From Omnitrophica WOR_2 bacterium RIFOXYA2_FULL_38_17 (GTDB taxonomy: Bacteria > Omnitrophota > Gorgyraeia > Zapsychrales > Zapsychraceae), in NCBI GenBank assembly GCA_001805965.1, contig MHHG01000057.1:85975-149974 (forward strand): a stretch of DNA of 64,000 nt. The letters run 5' to 3'. Below, piece after piece: positions 49,096 through 59,834 of the stretch. The notes under the pieces were generated by a model, which ran no database searches, was not told the origin of the DNA, and was given only the letters and a program-made list of their open reading frames with translations. How positions within the stretch are numbered: position 1 is the first letter of the stretch; the number at the start of each line of letters is the position of its first letter. The position numbers and the translations under genes are program-made.

Positions 49096-49839
49096 CTAAT
49101 TACTTTTAAACTTTTCCTGTGCTTCATTATATGATTCAATGCTTCCGATATCATACCATTTTCCACTAAATCTAAATCCATAGACCTCGAACCCTTCGTG
49201 CAGCCACCTGATATAATCGCCCGCAGTATCTGACTTTTTACACTGAGCCAAATAATCCTCCACTAAATTAAGAGAATTCTTTGGCAGATAATAAAAGCAC
49301 ATAGCTATGAGAGTTGATTTAGGCTCTGCAGGCTTCTCAAAAAATGAGATTATTTTATTGCTGTCATCAATGCCTACTACTCCAAATTTTGTTGCTTCTG
49401 CCAAACTTTCAATGTCATACAAACCAATTGTAACAGCCGTTCTCTGAGACTGTGCAAAATGGATATATTCATCTAAATTGAAATCAAAAAGATTATCGCC
49501 CCCGACAACTAAAACATCATCATCGATAGATTCTTGCTTTATTGCGAATTCAATGTCTCCAATAGACCCTAATCGGTCTTCATTTGTACGCGTTCCATCA
49601 TTAACAATATTTATCTTAAAAGGAAAATCTTTTTGCTCCTCTGCCCATGACACAAAATTATTATAGAACTTATCATTAGTGATAATTATAACTTCATTAA
49701 GTTCGTTAAGACCCTTTATTCTGTCAAGAATATGGTTTGAAATAGGTTTTCCAGCAATTGGTAAAAGAGCTTTGGGGGTATCTTTTGCAACTTCTTGCAG
49801 CCTGGTCCCATAACCTGCTGCTAAAATCAATGCTTTCAT
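49096..49839 (-). CDS. Sugar-1-phosphate nucleotidyltransferase (short RmlA/HddC-like)
   Basis: N-terminal MKALILAAGYGTRL...PKALLPIAGKP motif of NDP-sugar pyrophosphorylases. 247 aa. Confidence 0.65.
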   Translation of the reverse strand: MKALILAAGYGTRLQEVAKDTPKALLPIAGKPISNHILDRIKGLNELNEVIIITNDKFYNNFVSWAEEQKDFPFKINIVNDGTRTNEDRLGSIGDIEFAIKQESIDDDVLVVGGDNLFDFNLDEYIHFAQSQRTAVTIGLYDIESLAEATKFGVVGIDDSNKIISFFEKPAEPKSTLIAMCFYYLPKNSLNLVEDYLAQCKKSDTAGDYIRWLHEGFEVYGFRFSGKWYDIGSIESYNEAQEKFKSN

Positions 49840-49851
49840 AGTGATTTTTCC

Positions 49852-51609
49852 TTAATCATGACTCACAAACTCTGGAGCTAATCTCGCTAGTGTTTCTGAA
49901 CTTAATTGCTCAACTTCTTTACCTGTAGATAGCTCAAGAGCTTTTTCCACCATTGCTTTTGCATCGCTGAAGCTAACACTTCTAATAAGTTTCTTGATCT
50001 GTAAAATACTATTAGGTGACATACTTAGCTCGTCTATCTCCAATCCAAGCAGCATCAATGCCAATATAGGCTCGTTTGCCATTTCTCCGCACAAACTTAC
50101 TTTAATACCTGCTTTATGCGCAGACTCAACAGTCATTTTTATCAGACGTAAAACAGCAGGATGACAAGGTTCATACATTGATGCTGTTTGCTCATTAACC
50201 CTATCAACAGCCAGTGTATACTGAATAAGGTCATTTGTTCCAAGACTAAAAAAATCCGCTTCTTTTGCCAGCAAATCTGAAGTCACAGCTGCAGAAGGAA
50301 CCTCTATCATAACCCCAACCTTCATATCTTCGTTAAAAGGAATACCTGCTTTTCTTAAATCTTCCTTAACTTCATTAAGTATTAAATTAGCCCTGGTCAA
50401 TTCTCCTGGACCCGCTATCATAGGATACATCATTCTTATATTTCCATAAGCTGACGCCCTAAGAATAGCTCTTAACTGCACTTTAAAAATATCCGGTCTT
50501 TCAAAACAGAATCTAATAGCGCGCCAGCCTAATGATGCATACATATCTCTAGGTATCTGTAAGCTTGAAATAAACTTGTCTCCCCCAAGATCAAGCGTTC
50601 GAATAGTAACCGGCATTTCCCCCATGGCTTCTGTCACCATTTTATAAGCTTCAAATTGCTCATCTTCAGAAGGAAGATCAACCCTATTCATATAAAAATA
50701 CTCTGTCCTATACAAGCCAACTCCGCCAGCATTATGTTTCATCACATTATGAACTTCTTCAGGCAGCTCCAAATTACCTAGCAGTGATATTACTTTTCCA
50801 TCGTTTGTTTGAGCTTCAAGATCCTTGATCTCCATGAATTGATTTCTATATTCATGTATCCTGCTCAACTGATCTTCATATGATTTTATTGTTTCCTCAG
50901 TTGGGCTTACAACAACAAGGCCTTTTCTGCCATCAACTATAATAAAATCTTGATTCTTTATTTTCAGAGTAGCATCTTTTAAACCAACAACAGCCGGCAC
51001 TCCAAGAGATTTAGCCATAATAGCTGTATGCGATGTGCGCCCACCAATGTCAGTAGCAAAGGCTATAATGCTCTTGTTGAACATACTTGCAGTATCTGAC
51101 GGCGCCAGGTCATGACTGATAATTATCAATTGTTCAGTAATATTATCAAGTTCATGAAGCTTATCTTCATCCATCAAATTTTTCAGAACCCTCCTGCCAA
51201 CATCACTGATATCGCTCATTCTTTCTCTTAAATATTCATCCTCTATATTCATGAATATTTTCACATACTTTTTGATTACTTCTGAAAAGATGTATTCACT
51301 AGAAAGTTTTTCAGCTCTGATTCTTTTTACAACTTCTTCTACCAAAGTCCTATCTTCTAATACTAATAAATGAGCATCAAAGACTTGGGCATGCTTTCCA
51401 CCCATTTGAGCACTTATCTTTTTTTGTATAGAACAGATTTCATCGCGTGTTTTAATAAGAGCCTCTTCAAATCTAGCTATTTCTATAGGTATTTCCTTTT
51501 CCATCACAGCTCTTGGAGCTATGACAAACTCCTGTTTATCAAGGATAAATGCTGAACCAAATGCAATGCCAGGTGCGGCAGGAATACCTTTTAATATTAT
51601 TTCACTCAT
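49852..51609 (-). CDS. ptsI: Phosphoenolpyruvate-protein phosphotransferase (PTS enzyme I; possibly the nitrogen-PTS PtsP-type without GAF domain)
   Basis: Phosphohistidine region ([21 protein letters not shown]) and PEP-utilising C-terminus (GEMANEP). 585 aa. Confidence 0.85.
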   Translation of the reverse strand: MSEIILKGIPAAPGIAFGSAFILDKQEFVIAPRAVMEKEIPIEIARFEEALIKTRDEICSIQKKISAQMGGKHAQVFDAHLLVLEDRTLVEEVVKRIRAEKLSSEYIFSEVIKKYVKIFMNIEDEYLRERMSDISDVGRRVLKNLMDEDKLHELDNITEQLIIISHDLAPSDTASMFNKSIIAFATDIGGRTSHTAIMAKSLGVPAVVGLKDATLKIKNQDFIIVDGRKGLVVVSPTEETIKSYEDQLSRIHEYRNQFMEIKDLEAQTNDGKVISLLGNLELPEEVHNVMKHNAGGVGLYRTEYFYMNRVDLPSEDEQFEAYKMVTEAMGEMPVTIRTLDLGGDKFISSLQIPRDMYASLGWRAIRFCFERPDIFKVQLRAILRASAYGNIRMMYPMIAGPGELTRANLILNEVKEDLRKAGIPFNEDMKVGVMIEVPSAAVTSDLLAKEADFFSLGTNDLIQYTLAVDRVNEQTASMYEPCHPAVLRLIKMTVESAHKAGIKVSLCGEMANEPILALMLLGLEIDELSMSPNSILQIKKLIRSVSFSDAKAMVEKALELSTGKEVEQLSSETLARLAPEFVSHD

Positions 51610-51875
51610 TATTTTTCCTCATCGGTCAACAATGCCTCTAGCTCATCAGCAACTATTTGCGCATCTTCACCATCAACTTCAATAACAACATCAGCACCCT
51701 TTTGTGCCCCTAAAGTCAATATGCCCATTATAGATTTACCATTCACTTTCTCTCCATTACCTTGAATGGTAACAACAGAATCATACTTCGAGACTATCTG
51801 AACGAACAATGCTGCTGGACGCGCATGTAATCCCTGTGGATTCTTAACGTTGATCTCTCTTCTAATTAGTGGCAC
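51609..51875 (-). CDS. ptsH: Phosphocarrier protein HPr/NPr
   Basis: 88 aa. The active-site His lies in the GLHARPAA motif. Confidence 0.85.
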   Translation of the reverse strand: MPLIRREINVKNPQGLHARPAALFVQIVSKYDSVVTIQGNGEKVNGKSIMGILTLGAQKGADVVIEVDGEDAQIVADELEALLTDEEK

Positions 51876-53117
51876 TTATCTTTTTATAACCCTGTTAGCT
51901 TCGATCAGCCTGATCAAAGCTCGATTTAATTTTGATGAATCATGTTGAACATAATCTGTTACCCCGAGCAAATCAGTTGCTACAACCCTGCATCCCATCT
52001 CTCTAATTTTTTCAATATCAGCCTTTACCGGAAATGATTCTTCAAATTGATAACGGTCTAAAGTATTTTCAGGCGCGGTAGCATTATTAATAAGACACGC
52101 ATCGATCACTTTGCTGTTGGAATGCTTAACAATTGCCTTCACATGGTCGCTTGCTGAATACCCCGTAGTTTCTCCTTTTTGAGTCATGACATTGCAAACA
52201 TATATTTTAAAAGCCGATGCTTTTGCAATTGCGTCACTCATCCCCTTAATTATCAAATTAGGAATTATACTTGTATACAGGCTGCCTGGACCAAGAATAA
52301 TTATATCCGCATCTTCTATAGCAGCAAGCGCATCTGAAGTTGGATACGCATCTTCATCCGTTAAAGAAAGCCTGTCGATCGCAACACCTTTACTTGGTAT
52401 TCTAGCCTCACCTTCCATTTTGGTCCCGTCACTATATTCAGCGATCAAATGTATATTACTAACTGTTGCAGGAACAACCTTGCCGCGAATAGCTAAAACC
52501 TTGCTTGTTTCTTTAACAGCTCTTTCAAAGTCACCATCAGTCAATTGCACCATCGCAGTTAAAAACAAGTTCCCAAAATTATGTCCCTTCAATTCAGAAT
52601 CTTTTGAAAATCTAAATTGAAAAAGCTCTCCCATAAGAGCAGGCGCATCAGCTAACGCTACAAGACAATTTCTAATATCCCCAGGAGCAACAATATTAAA
52701 TTCCTCTCGCAATCTTCCAGAAGATCCCCCGCTATCAGCAACAGTCACAATTGCAGTAATATTTGAAGTATATTCTTTTAGACCAAAAATAAGATGAGAA
52801 AGACCATGACCGCCCCCGATAGTAACTATCTTTGGGCCGCGCTCTAAATATCTTTTTTGATATAATATATTTACAAGTTCTCGTTCACCTTTAGGTAAGA
52901 ATAATGTCAAAAGAGAAACGATCATTTTACTCATACCCATAACTATAAGAATCATCCCGCACAAGATCCAAACAACGCCCAGAACGCTTACGAACTCATA
53001 TTCATTTGAGGAAAGAACAGCACCAACACCAACTATCACAACTCCCAAAAGTGATGTAAAAAACCACCTTTTTACCTTCATTCCAGGATAAAGCCATTTA
53101 AAAGGATTCTTAGGCAT
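51876..53117 (-). CDS. YvcK/CofD-like (UPF0052, gluconeogenesis factor family) protein with an N-terminal double-TM anchor
   Basis: VTIGGGHGLS signature. The first ~90 aa have two hydrophobic helices. Sits between ptsN and HPr. Confidence 0.7.
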   Translation of the reverse strand: MPKNPFKWLYPGMKVKRWFFTSLLGVVIVGVGAVLSSNEYEFVSVLGVVWILCGMILIVMGMSKMIVSLLTLFLPKGERELVNILYQKRYLERGPKIVTIGGGHGLSHLIFGLKEYTSNITAIVTVADSGGSSGRLREEFNIVAPGDIRNCLVALADAPALMGELFQFRFSKDSELKGHNFGNLFLTAMVQLTDGDFERAVKETSKVLAIRGKVVPATVSNIHLIAEYSDGTKMEGEARIPSKGVAIDRLSLTDEDAYPTSDALAAIEDADIIILGPGSLYTSIIPNLIIKGMSDAIAKASAFKIYVCNVMTQKGETTGYSASDHVKAIVKHSNSKVIDACLINNATAPENTLDRYQFEESFPVKADIEKIREMGCRVVATDLLGVTDYVQHDSSKLNRALIRLIEANRVIKR

Positions 53118-53119
53118 AA

Positions 53120-53596
53120 TTACAAACTCATTAGCCGGTCATCTTCTTGATCAATGATCTTTTTAATTTCTTCCTCATCCTTAGCACCTTTAAGTCTTTC
53201 TCTTACAAATTTATCCTTTAATAATCGCGATATTTTTGCTAGCGCCTTCAAATGTGGTCCCGCAGAATCAATTGGTGCCATTAATAAAAAGAATATGTGT
53301 GCAAGTTCGCCATCTAATGAATCAAAATCAATTCCTTCTTTGCTAACGCCTAAACATCCCACAAGCTGTTTTGTGCTCTTATGCTTTGCATGAGGGATTG
53401 CAATGCCTTGACCAATCGCTGTCGAACCTAGCGCTTCTCTGGCCATTAACACTTCTAAAACCTTTTTCTTGCTCTTTCTATCTATTGCATCAGTATCAAT
53501 AAGCAAATCAACTAATTCAGTTATAACCCCTTCTTTGTCTTTGGCTTTCAAATCTGCTGAAACAGCTTTTGCACTAATAAACTCTCTTATCTTCAT
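53120..53596 (-). CDS. ptsN: PTS EIIA(Ntr)-type regulatory protein
   Basis: EIIA fructose/Ntr family with the active-site His in GIAIPHAK. 158 aa. Confidence 0.8.
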   Translation of the reverse strand: MKIREFISAKAVSADLKAKDKEGVITELVDLLIDTDAIDRKSKKKVLEVLMAREALGSTAIGQGIAIPHAKHKSTKQLVGCLGVSKEGIDFDSLDGELAHIFFLLMAPIDSAGPHLKALAKISRLLKDKFVRERLKGAKDEEEIKKIIDQEDDRLMSL

Positions 53597-53699
53597 TTAA
53601 TAATCCTCCTAAAATGTCGTTTCAGTCTAATATAAATCTATAATAACTGCAACTATCTTTTTTTAAAACAATTTATGACTCTTCTTAAATAAAATACTG

Positions 53700-53745
53700 C
53701 GCAATAAAATAAAGCCCATTCTCTTATAGAGACTGGGCTATATGG
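53700..53745 (-). terminator. Predicted rho-independent terminator downstream of the tRNA cluster
   Basis: Inverted repeat agcccattctc/gagactgggct (53714-53740). On the transcribed minus strand it is followed by a U-rich tract (plus-strand caataaaataa). Confidence 0.5.
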
Positions 53746-53826
53746 CTATATATATTCACATGTTTATCTTAATATTATTAATAATTAACCTTCTTTATCA
53801 AAGGTGATCCGAGGTTAAATGATTAA

Positions 53827-53900
53827 AGCGGCGGATGGGATTCGAACCCACGACATCCACCTTGGCAAGGTGGCATTCTAGCCAACTGAATTACCGCCGC
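53827..53900 (-). tRNA. tRNA-Gly (anticodon GCC)
   Basis: Reverse complement GCGGCGGTAATTCAGTTGGCTAGAATGCCACCTTGCCAAGGTGGATGTCGTGGGTTCGAATCCCATCCGCCGCT. Anticodon loop cuuGCCaag, T-loop GGTTCGAATCC, discriminator U. Confidence 0.85.
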
Positions 53901-53951
53901 ATTAGTTTTCAAATATTATTCAACTTGATAAATCAGAAATCAAAATGTTAG

Positions 53952-54032
53952 TGGGCGGAAGAGGACTTGAACCTCCATGCCTTGCGGCACTAGTTCCTAA
54001 GACTAGCGTGTCTACCATTTCACCATCCGCCC
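53952..54032 (-). tRNA. tRNA-Leu (anticodon TAG), type II with long variable arm
   Basis: Reverse complement GGGCGGATGGTGAAATGGTAGACACGCTAGTCTTAGGAACTAGTGCCGCAAGGCATGGAGGTTCAAGTCCTCTTCCGCCCA. Anticodon loop cuUAGga. About 81 nt, extra arm present. Confidence 0.8.
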
Positions 54033-54053
54033 TAAACTATTTGCCGCTTAAAT

Positions 54054-54129
54054 TGGTGACCCACCCGCGACTCGAACGCGGTACACCAGCCTTAAAAGGG
54101 CTGTGCTCTACCAGATGAGCTAGTGGGTC
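54054..54129 (-). tRNA. tRNA-Lys (anticodon TTT), CCA encoded
   Basis: Reverse complement GACCCACTAGCTCATCTGGTAGAGCACAGCCCTTTTAAGGCTGGTGTACCGCGTTCGAGTCGCGGGTGGGTCACCA. Anticodon loop cuUUUaa. Confidence 0.85.
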
Positions 54130-54159
54130 ATAAATATTTTTATTAAACAAAGTTTTTCA

Positions 54160-54717
54160 TTAACTCATCAAAGCTTTGCTTTTTTCTTCCAAAAGAACAT
54201 CGATTTCTTTAATATATTTATCAATCAATTTTTGAATACTCTCGTGCGCCTTAAATCCATCATCTTCTGCAATAGCCTTATCATGCTCAAGTTTCTTTAT
54301 TTTATCGTTAGCATCTTTTCTAATTGTCCTCAATGAAATCCTTGATTGCTCAGCCATTTCTTTAACAACTTTCTGCAGCTCATGTCTTCTTTCTTCAGAA
54401 AGAGGAGGAATATTTAAACGAACCACCTTCCCATCATTAGATGGCAAAACTCCTAACTTTGAATTTGTAATCGCCTTTTCAATTTCAGGGATCACGCTTG
54501 GATCCCATGGCTGAATAAGTACTGTGCGCGGGTCAGGAATCGAAATAGAAGAAAGCTCCTTAAACATTGTAGGAGTGCCATAGTAATCAACATGTATACC
54601 TTCTATCAGACCCGGATGTGCCCTTCCTGTTCTAACTTCTGAAAATTCGCGCCTCGCCGACTCAATAGATTTCTTCATCTTTGATTCTGTCTGTTGAATA
54701 ACTTCTTTTACGATCAT
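54160..54717 (-). CDS. frr: Ribosome recycling factor
   Basis: 185 aa. RRF family. rpsB-tsf-pyrH-frr synteny. Confidence 0.85.
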   Translation of the reverse strand: MIVKEVIQQTESKMKKSIESARREFSEVRTGRAHPGLIEGIHVDYYGTPTMFKELSSISIPDPRTVLIQPWDPSVIPEIEKAITNSKLGVLPSNDGKVVRLNIPPLSEERRHELQKVVKEMAEQSRISLRTIRKDANDKIKKLEHDKAIAEDDGFKAHESIQKLIDKYIKEIDVLLEEKSKALMS

Positions 54718-54730
54718 GTTATTACTCCTA

Positions 54731-55459
54731 TTATTGGACTATTGTTCCGATGTTTTCACCTAAAACAACTTTTTTAATATTACCTTTTTTAAGCAAATTA
54801 AAAACTAAAATAGGCAAATCATTGTCCATACACATGCTAATTGCTGTAGAATCCATGACTTTAAGATTCTGCTTTAAAACATCAATAAACTTTAACTTCT
54901 TATATTTTTTTGCCGTCTTGACTTTAACAGGATCAGCTGTGTAAATCCCATCAACCTTAGTTGCTTTTAAAATAATATCAGCTCCAATTTCATTTGCCTT
55001 TAATGAAGCTGCTGTGTCAGTAGTAAAATAAGGGTTCCCTGTACCTGCAACAAAAATAACTACTCTTCCTTTATCCAAATGATGTACAGCTCTTCTTCTA
55101 ATATATGGTTCAGCAACAGCTGCCATTGGAATAGATGTCATAACCCTGCAGCTAACTCCCGCCTGCTCAATAGCATTTTGCAAAGCCAAACCATTCAAGA
55201 CTGTTGCCAGCATACCCATATAATCAGCTACAGATCTTTCAAGCCCAAATTTCTCTGATTCAACCTGACCCCTGAATATGTTACCTGCACCGACAACAAT
55301 AGCTACTTGTACTCCCAAAGAACAAACTTCCTTAACCTGTTTTGCAATAGATGCACACATCTCAGCATCAATACCATGAGCTTTGTCACCCAAAAGGGCT
55401 TCACCGCTAAGCTTCAAAAGTATTCTTTTATAGACAGGCTTCTTTTTAGGCAATTTCAT
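54731..55459 (-). CDS. pyrH: UMP kinase
   Basis: Amino-acid kinase fold ([10 protein letters not shown]; [10 protein letters not shown]). 242 aa. Confidence 0.9.
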   Translation of the reverse strand: MKLPKKKPVYKRILLKLSGEALLGDKAHGIDAEMCASIAKQVKEVCSLGVQVAIVVGAGNIFRGQVESEKFGLERSVADYMGMLATVLNGLALQNAIEQAGVSCRVMTSIPMAAVAEPYIRRRAVHHLDKGRVVIFVAGTGNPYFTTDTAASLKANEIGADIILKATKVDGIYTADPVKVKTAKKYKKLKFIDVLKQNLKVMDSTAISMCMDNDLPILVFNLLKKGNIKKVVLGENIGTIVQ

Positions 55460-55982
55460 TTACCTTGTATTTAGTGAAACGGCTAACATAAATATTTTCG
55501 CCAATACTTGCAATAAGATCTGTAATCAAGGTCTTAACAGATTTTTTTGGATCTTTAATAAAAGGCTGCTCTAAAAGACATGATTCCTTGATAAAAGCAT
55601 TAGGATCCTTCTGCTCTGCTAAAACTTCCTCAGGAATGTCCTCTTTTTTAATATATTTTGGATTTGCCGCGACTATTTGCATTGCAATGTCTTTTGTTAA
55701 AGCAACAAAATCTTCATTTTTAGCGACAAAATCTGTTTCGCAGTTAACTTCTAAAATTACACCAACCTTGTTTCCTTGGTGTATATATGTTTCAATCCTT
55801 CCTTCTTTTGCCTCGCGGCTTCCTTTTTTAGCAGCTATTTCAAGTCCTCTTTTTTGAAGGATCTTTTTGGCTTTGTCAAAATCGCCACCCGCTTCTTCAA
55901 GAGCATTCTTACATTCAATAACTCCGCATGAAGTCATTTCTCTCAGCTCTTTAATATTATCTACTGTAATTGCCATCTTCAA
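55446..55982 (-). CDS. tsf: Elongation factor Ts, short form
   Basis: N-terminal UBA-like EF-Tu-binding motif ([29 protein letters not shown]). Only 178 aa. Confidence 0.8.
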   Translation of the reverse strand: MKMAITVDNIKELREMTSCGVIECKNALEEAGGDFDKAKKILQKRGLEIAAKKGSREAKEGRIETYIHQGNKVGVILEVNCETDFVAKNEDFVALTKDIAMQIVAANPKYIKKEDIPEEVLAEQKDPNAFIKESCLLEQPFIKDPKKSVKTLITDLIASIGENIYVSRFTKYKVNEIA

Positions 55983-56028
55983 CTCCTCTATTCTTACTCA
56001 ATTTTTTTCAATATTTACTCTTAACAAA

Positions 56029-56811
56029 CTATTCCGCCTTTTGTGCCTCAGGAACAACTGCAACCTTTTCCTTAGATTCTACTACAGGTGCCGGTTTTGC
56101 TTCTTTCTTAACAAGATCACTAGACAAGAACTCTTTTCTTCCATCAATTATACTCTGAGAAACCAATGAAGTAATTACCCTAATAGATTTCAAAGCGTCG
56201 TCATTTCCAGGTATTGGAAAATCAATAACCTCTGGATCACAGTTTGTATCTACTATAGCAATTATCGGGATTTTGAGTTTTATAGCTTCTTTGACAGCAA
56301 TATCTTCTTTCTTTGGATCAACTATAAAAATCAGATCAGGCTGTTCTTGCATATCACGTATTCCGCCAAGGTCCCGAAGAAGCCTTTCTTTTTCTTTGTC
56401 CAAACGGCAGGTCTCTTTCTTCTTAAGATTTTCCCAAATGCCGTTTTCCTTCATATTTTCAATTTCTTCAAGTCGACGAATAGACCCTTTTACTGTTTTA
56501 TAATTAGTTAAAAGACCACCAAGCCATCTATTCTTAACATAGTACATACCAGACTTTTTTGCTTCTTCTTCAACAATAATCTGTGCTTGTTTTTTTGTCC
56601 CGACAAAAAGAACTTTGCCTCCCTTTGCTGCAATATCTCTCGCAAAAACACAAGCCGCATCTATACATTGAGACGTTTTTTCAAGGTCAATGATATATAT
56701 ACCACTTCTTTGCCCAAAAATATACGGTTTCATTTTTGGATTCCATCGCTTCTTTTGATGCCCAAAATGGACACCCGCTTCTAATAATTTTTTAATCAAT
56801 TCTTCTACCAT
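56029..56811 (-). CDS. rpsB: 30S ribosomal protein S2
   Basis: LLEAGVHFGHQKKRWNPKM N-terminus. 260 aa with a charged C-terminal tail. Confidence 0.9.
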   Translation of the reverse strand: MVEELIKKLLEAGVHFGHQKKRWNPKMKPYIFGQRSGIYIIDLEKTSQCIDAACVFARDIAAKGGKVLFVGTKKQAQIIVEEEAKKSGMYYVKNRWLGGLLTNYKTVKGSIRRLEEIENMKENGIWENLKKKETCRLDKEKERLLRDLGGIRDMQEQPDLIFIVDPKKEDIAVKEAIKLKIPIIAIVDTNCDPEVIDFPIPGNDDALKSIRVITSLVSQSIIDGRKEFLSSDLVKKEAKPAPVVESKEKVAVVPEAQKAE

Positions 56812-56993
56812 GTTTCCTCCGTGAATAAGTTCAATTTTATGTTTCTTTTGCTCTTATTAGCAGAACAAATCCGCATAAAATTGTTTGTTAATAAATTTTG
56901 AATGCAGCTAGTATACCCAATAATTATTTTTTTTGCAACCTTTTATTTTAAAAATAGTAAAAAAAAGTTAATAAATAATAGGATTAATAAATA

Positions 56994-58787
56994 CTATACT
57001 TTGAATTGAATTTCATGAAGTTTTTTATAAAGAGGACAACTTTTTAATAGAGTATCATGTTTTCCAATACCTTCAATACGCCCTTCATTAAGAACTACTA
57101 TTTTATCTGCTTTAATAACAGTAGCCAACCTGTGAGCTATTGCAACGACGGTTCTTCCCTGCATAAGTTTATCTAAAGCCTCCTGAACGAACCTTTCAGA
57201 TTCAGAGTCAAGCTGAGAAGTTGCCTCATCTAATATCAAAATAGGAGGATTTGCTAAAATGGCACGGGCAATGCATATTCTTTGCTTTTCCCCGCCTGAA
57301 AGCCTGAAGCCCCGGTCTCCGACTATAGTATCATAACCTTCCGGCATCTTCTCGATAAACATATGTGCAAATGCTTTATGCGCAGCAGCTTCGATCTCTT
57401 CCTGTGATGCCTCATGATAACCATATGCAATATTTGCCCTAACTGTATCGTTAAAAAGAATACTCTCCTGCGTGACAATTCCAAATTGTTTCCTTAGTGA
57501 ATGAAAGCTAGCCTTTTTAATATCAATACCATCCATCTTAACTACTCCATTTACTGGGTCATAAAATCTTGGCATTAAATTAACTAAAGTCGTTTTTCCT
57601 GTACCTGTTGGGCCAACTATAGCAACTATTTCACCCTTCTTGATTTCCAGATTAACACCTTTTAAAACAATCTCTGACTCATTCCCATAATAAAAATCAA
57701 TATTTTCCATAACTATAGCATCACTTAACTCTTCTAACTCTATAAAATCTTCCACCTCTTTTACAGAGGGCTCTTCATCAAGCACGGCATATATCCTCTC
57801 ATTAGCAGCTAAAGCCTGCTGGATCAAAGCATTAACATTTCCCAGTTTTTTCATTGGCGAAATAATCGACATTATAGAGCCAAAGAATAAAATAAACACG
57901 CCAAATGAAAGCGCCCCATCCATAACACTGCGTCCAATAAGAAATATAATTGCAACTCCGCAGACTGCCCCAAATAATTCGGTTAAAGGTGCGATTACTA
58001 TCGTTCTTTTAAGCGATTTCATTTTAATTTTATAGAATCCATGATTTTCACTTTTAAACCTTTTTGTCTCATAATCCTCGTTGCCAAAAGCCTTAACAAC
58101 CCTTACCCCTGAAATAGTCTCAAGTAATAATGAATTTATATCCGCCATTTTCTCCTGGTGACTTTTAGAAAGTTTTCGAAGCTTTTTCCCTATCTGGTTA
58201 ATAGGAATGCCTATAAAAGGAAATACCACAAAAAGCACTAGCGCCGCTTGTGGATAGATCATAAATGCAATTACCACATAAATTACTATTAAGAATACAG
58301 ATTTACAAAGGTCTGTCAATCCGTAAGATACAGCATTTTCTATCATGTTAACATCATTGGTTATTCTGGAAACTAGCTCCCCAGTACGTTTTTGGCTAAA
58401 ATAATCCAGTGAAAGATGTTGGATTTTTTCATAAAGGTTTGACCGAACATCCCTTATAACTCTCTGAGATACATCACCCATAAGATATTGATGAGCAAAT
58501 ACAAAAATATGTTTAATCAGCAAAGCAACAATCACAACAATAGGAAAAATCCAGAACATTGTCTGAGGTTCAATATTGTTCAGCTTATCAACAAAATCAC
58601 TAATAAATCGGGGTAAATTACCAGGTACGGCAATTTTCTTATTATTGAAAATGCGATCGGTCATAGGAACCAATAAGGATAACTGGAACCCTTCAAAAAT
58701 ACTCGCAACAAACATAGTGAAAACTGCTGTTGAAAATAGTCTTCTATGGTCCTTTAAAAAGCTTAATAATTTAAGATAATTTTTCAT
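56994..58787 (-). CDS. msbA: ABC exporter (fused TMD-NBD), MsbA-like lipid A flippase candidate
   Basis: Six-TM domain plus an NBD with Walker A GPTGTGKTTL, signature LSGGEKQR and Walker B ILILDEATS. Divergent from lpxB. Confidence 0.7.
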   Translation of the reverse strand: MKNYLKLLSFLKDHRRLFSTAVFTMFVASIFEGFQLSLLVPMTDRIFNNKKIAVPGNLPRFISDFVDKLNNIEPQTMFWIFPIVVIVALLIKHIFVFAHQYLMGDVSQRVIRDVRSNLYEKIQHLSLDYFSQKRTGELVSRITNDVNMIENAVSYGLTDLCKSVFLIVIYVVIAFMIYPQAALVLFVVFPFIGIPINQIGKKLRKLSKSHQEKMADINSLLLETISGVRVVKAFGNEDYETKRFKSENHGFYKIKMKSLKRTIVIAPLTELFGAVCGVAIIFLIGRSVMDGALSFGVFILFFGSIMSIISPMKKLGNVNALIQQALAANERIYAVLDEEPSVKEVEDFIELEELSDAIVMENIDFYYGNESEIVLKGVNLEIKKGEIVAIVGPTGTGKTTLVNLMPRFYDPVNGVVKMDGIDIKKASFHSLRKQFGIVTQESILFNDTVRANIAYGYHEASQEEIEAAAHKAFAHMFIEKMPEGYDTIVGDRGFRLSGGEKQRICIARAILANPPILILDEATSQLDSESERFVQEALDKLMQGRTVVAIAHRLATVIKADKIVVLNEGRIEGIGKHDTLLKSCPLYKKLHEIQFKV

Positions 58788-58850
58788 AATTGCGCGATAA
58801 TAGCATACTGATTGACTTTTGTCGAGGTCTTTGTTATTGTGTTTACCATG

Positions 58851-59795
58851 AATAAATTAAAAGTCGCGATAATCGGCATCGGCCATCTAGGATCTCTTCA
58901 TCTTAAGGATTACAACAATCTTTCCTCTCTTGTTGAAATCGTTGGAGTCTGCGATATTAAGGAAGAACGCACTACCAGGCTTGCAAATCATTACAACGTC
59001 CCTTTCTTTGAAAATTACAAAGATCTTGTTGGTAAAATAGATGCTGTAAATGTATGTGTACCAACAAAAGATCATTTTGAGATCGCGAGGTTTTTCTTAG
59101 AAAACAATACACATGTTTTTGTGGAAAAACCAATTACAACAACAGTTGAACAAGCAGACAAACTCATCGAACTTTCAGAAAAAAACAACCTTAAACTGCA
59201 AGTTGGTCACATTGAAAGGTTTAATTCAGCATTTCAATCAGCACGCCACTTTTTAAGCAAACCATTATTCATTGAATGCCATAGGCTTAATCACTTCCCT
59301 AACAGATCACTTGATATTGGCGTTGTTATGGACCTTATGATACATGATATTGATATTATGCTTGGACTCATTGACTCACCGATAAAGAACATTCATGCAG
59401 TTGGGGTCAATGTCTTGACCCTGATGGAAGATATTGCAAGCGTAAGAGTATCCTTCGAAAATGGCTGCGTTTGCAACCTTACAGCTAGTCGTGTTTCGGA
59501 AGATGTCATGAGAAAAATAAGGATCTTTCAGAAAGATTCATATATTTCGCTTGATTACATAAAACAAGAAGCATACATTTACAAAAAAAGTGAAAACAGT
59601 ATACTTAAACACAGTTTACCCATTGAACGCGAACAGCCTTTAAGAAAAGAAATAGAACATTTTATAGAATGTATCAATAAAGGCAAGACTCCTCTAATTT
59701 CGGGAAAAGAAGGCAGAGCCGCTCTTTCCGTAGCTCTTAAAATAATTAAAACCATTAAAGAAAGAACTGCCTTAATTAATAGTCAGCCTGACTAA
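58851..59795 (+). CDS. Gfo/Idh/MocA-family NAD(P)-dependent oxidoreductase. The start is taken at MNKLKVAIIG; the track ORF begins at 58812
   Basis: N-terminal Rossmann motif KVAIIGIGHLGSLH. C-terminal alpha/beta domain of the Gfo/Idh/MocA type. Lies 39 bp upstream of lpxB on the same strand. Confidence 0.75.
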   Translation, partial: NKLKVAIIGIGHLGSLHLKDYNNLSSLVEIVGVCDIKEERTTRLANHYNVPFFENYKDLVGKIDAVNVCVPTKDHFEIARFFLENNTHVFVEKPITTTVEQADKLIELSEKNNLKLQVGHIERFNSAFQSARHFLSKPLFIECHRLNHFPNRSLDIGVVMDLMIHDIDIMLGLIDSPIKNIHAVGVNVLTLMEDIASVRVSFENGCVCNLTASRVSEDVMRKIRIFQKDSYISLDYIKQEAYIYKKSENSILKHSLPIEREQPLRKEIEHFIECINKGKTPLISGKEGRAALSVALKIIKTIKERTALINSQPD

Positions 59796-59834
59796 ACAAA
59801 GCTTTCTTTTTAATATTTTCATTCAATACTGATC

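Noticed and set aside
58812-58850. Upstream extension of the oxidoreductase ORF (MTFVEVFVIVFTM...)
   Set aside because: The extension would leave essentially no promoter space to the divergent msbA. The Rossmann motif begins right after the internal Met (MNKLKVAIIG), which is the more likely start.
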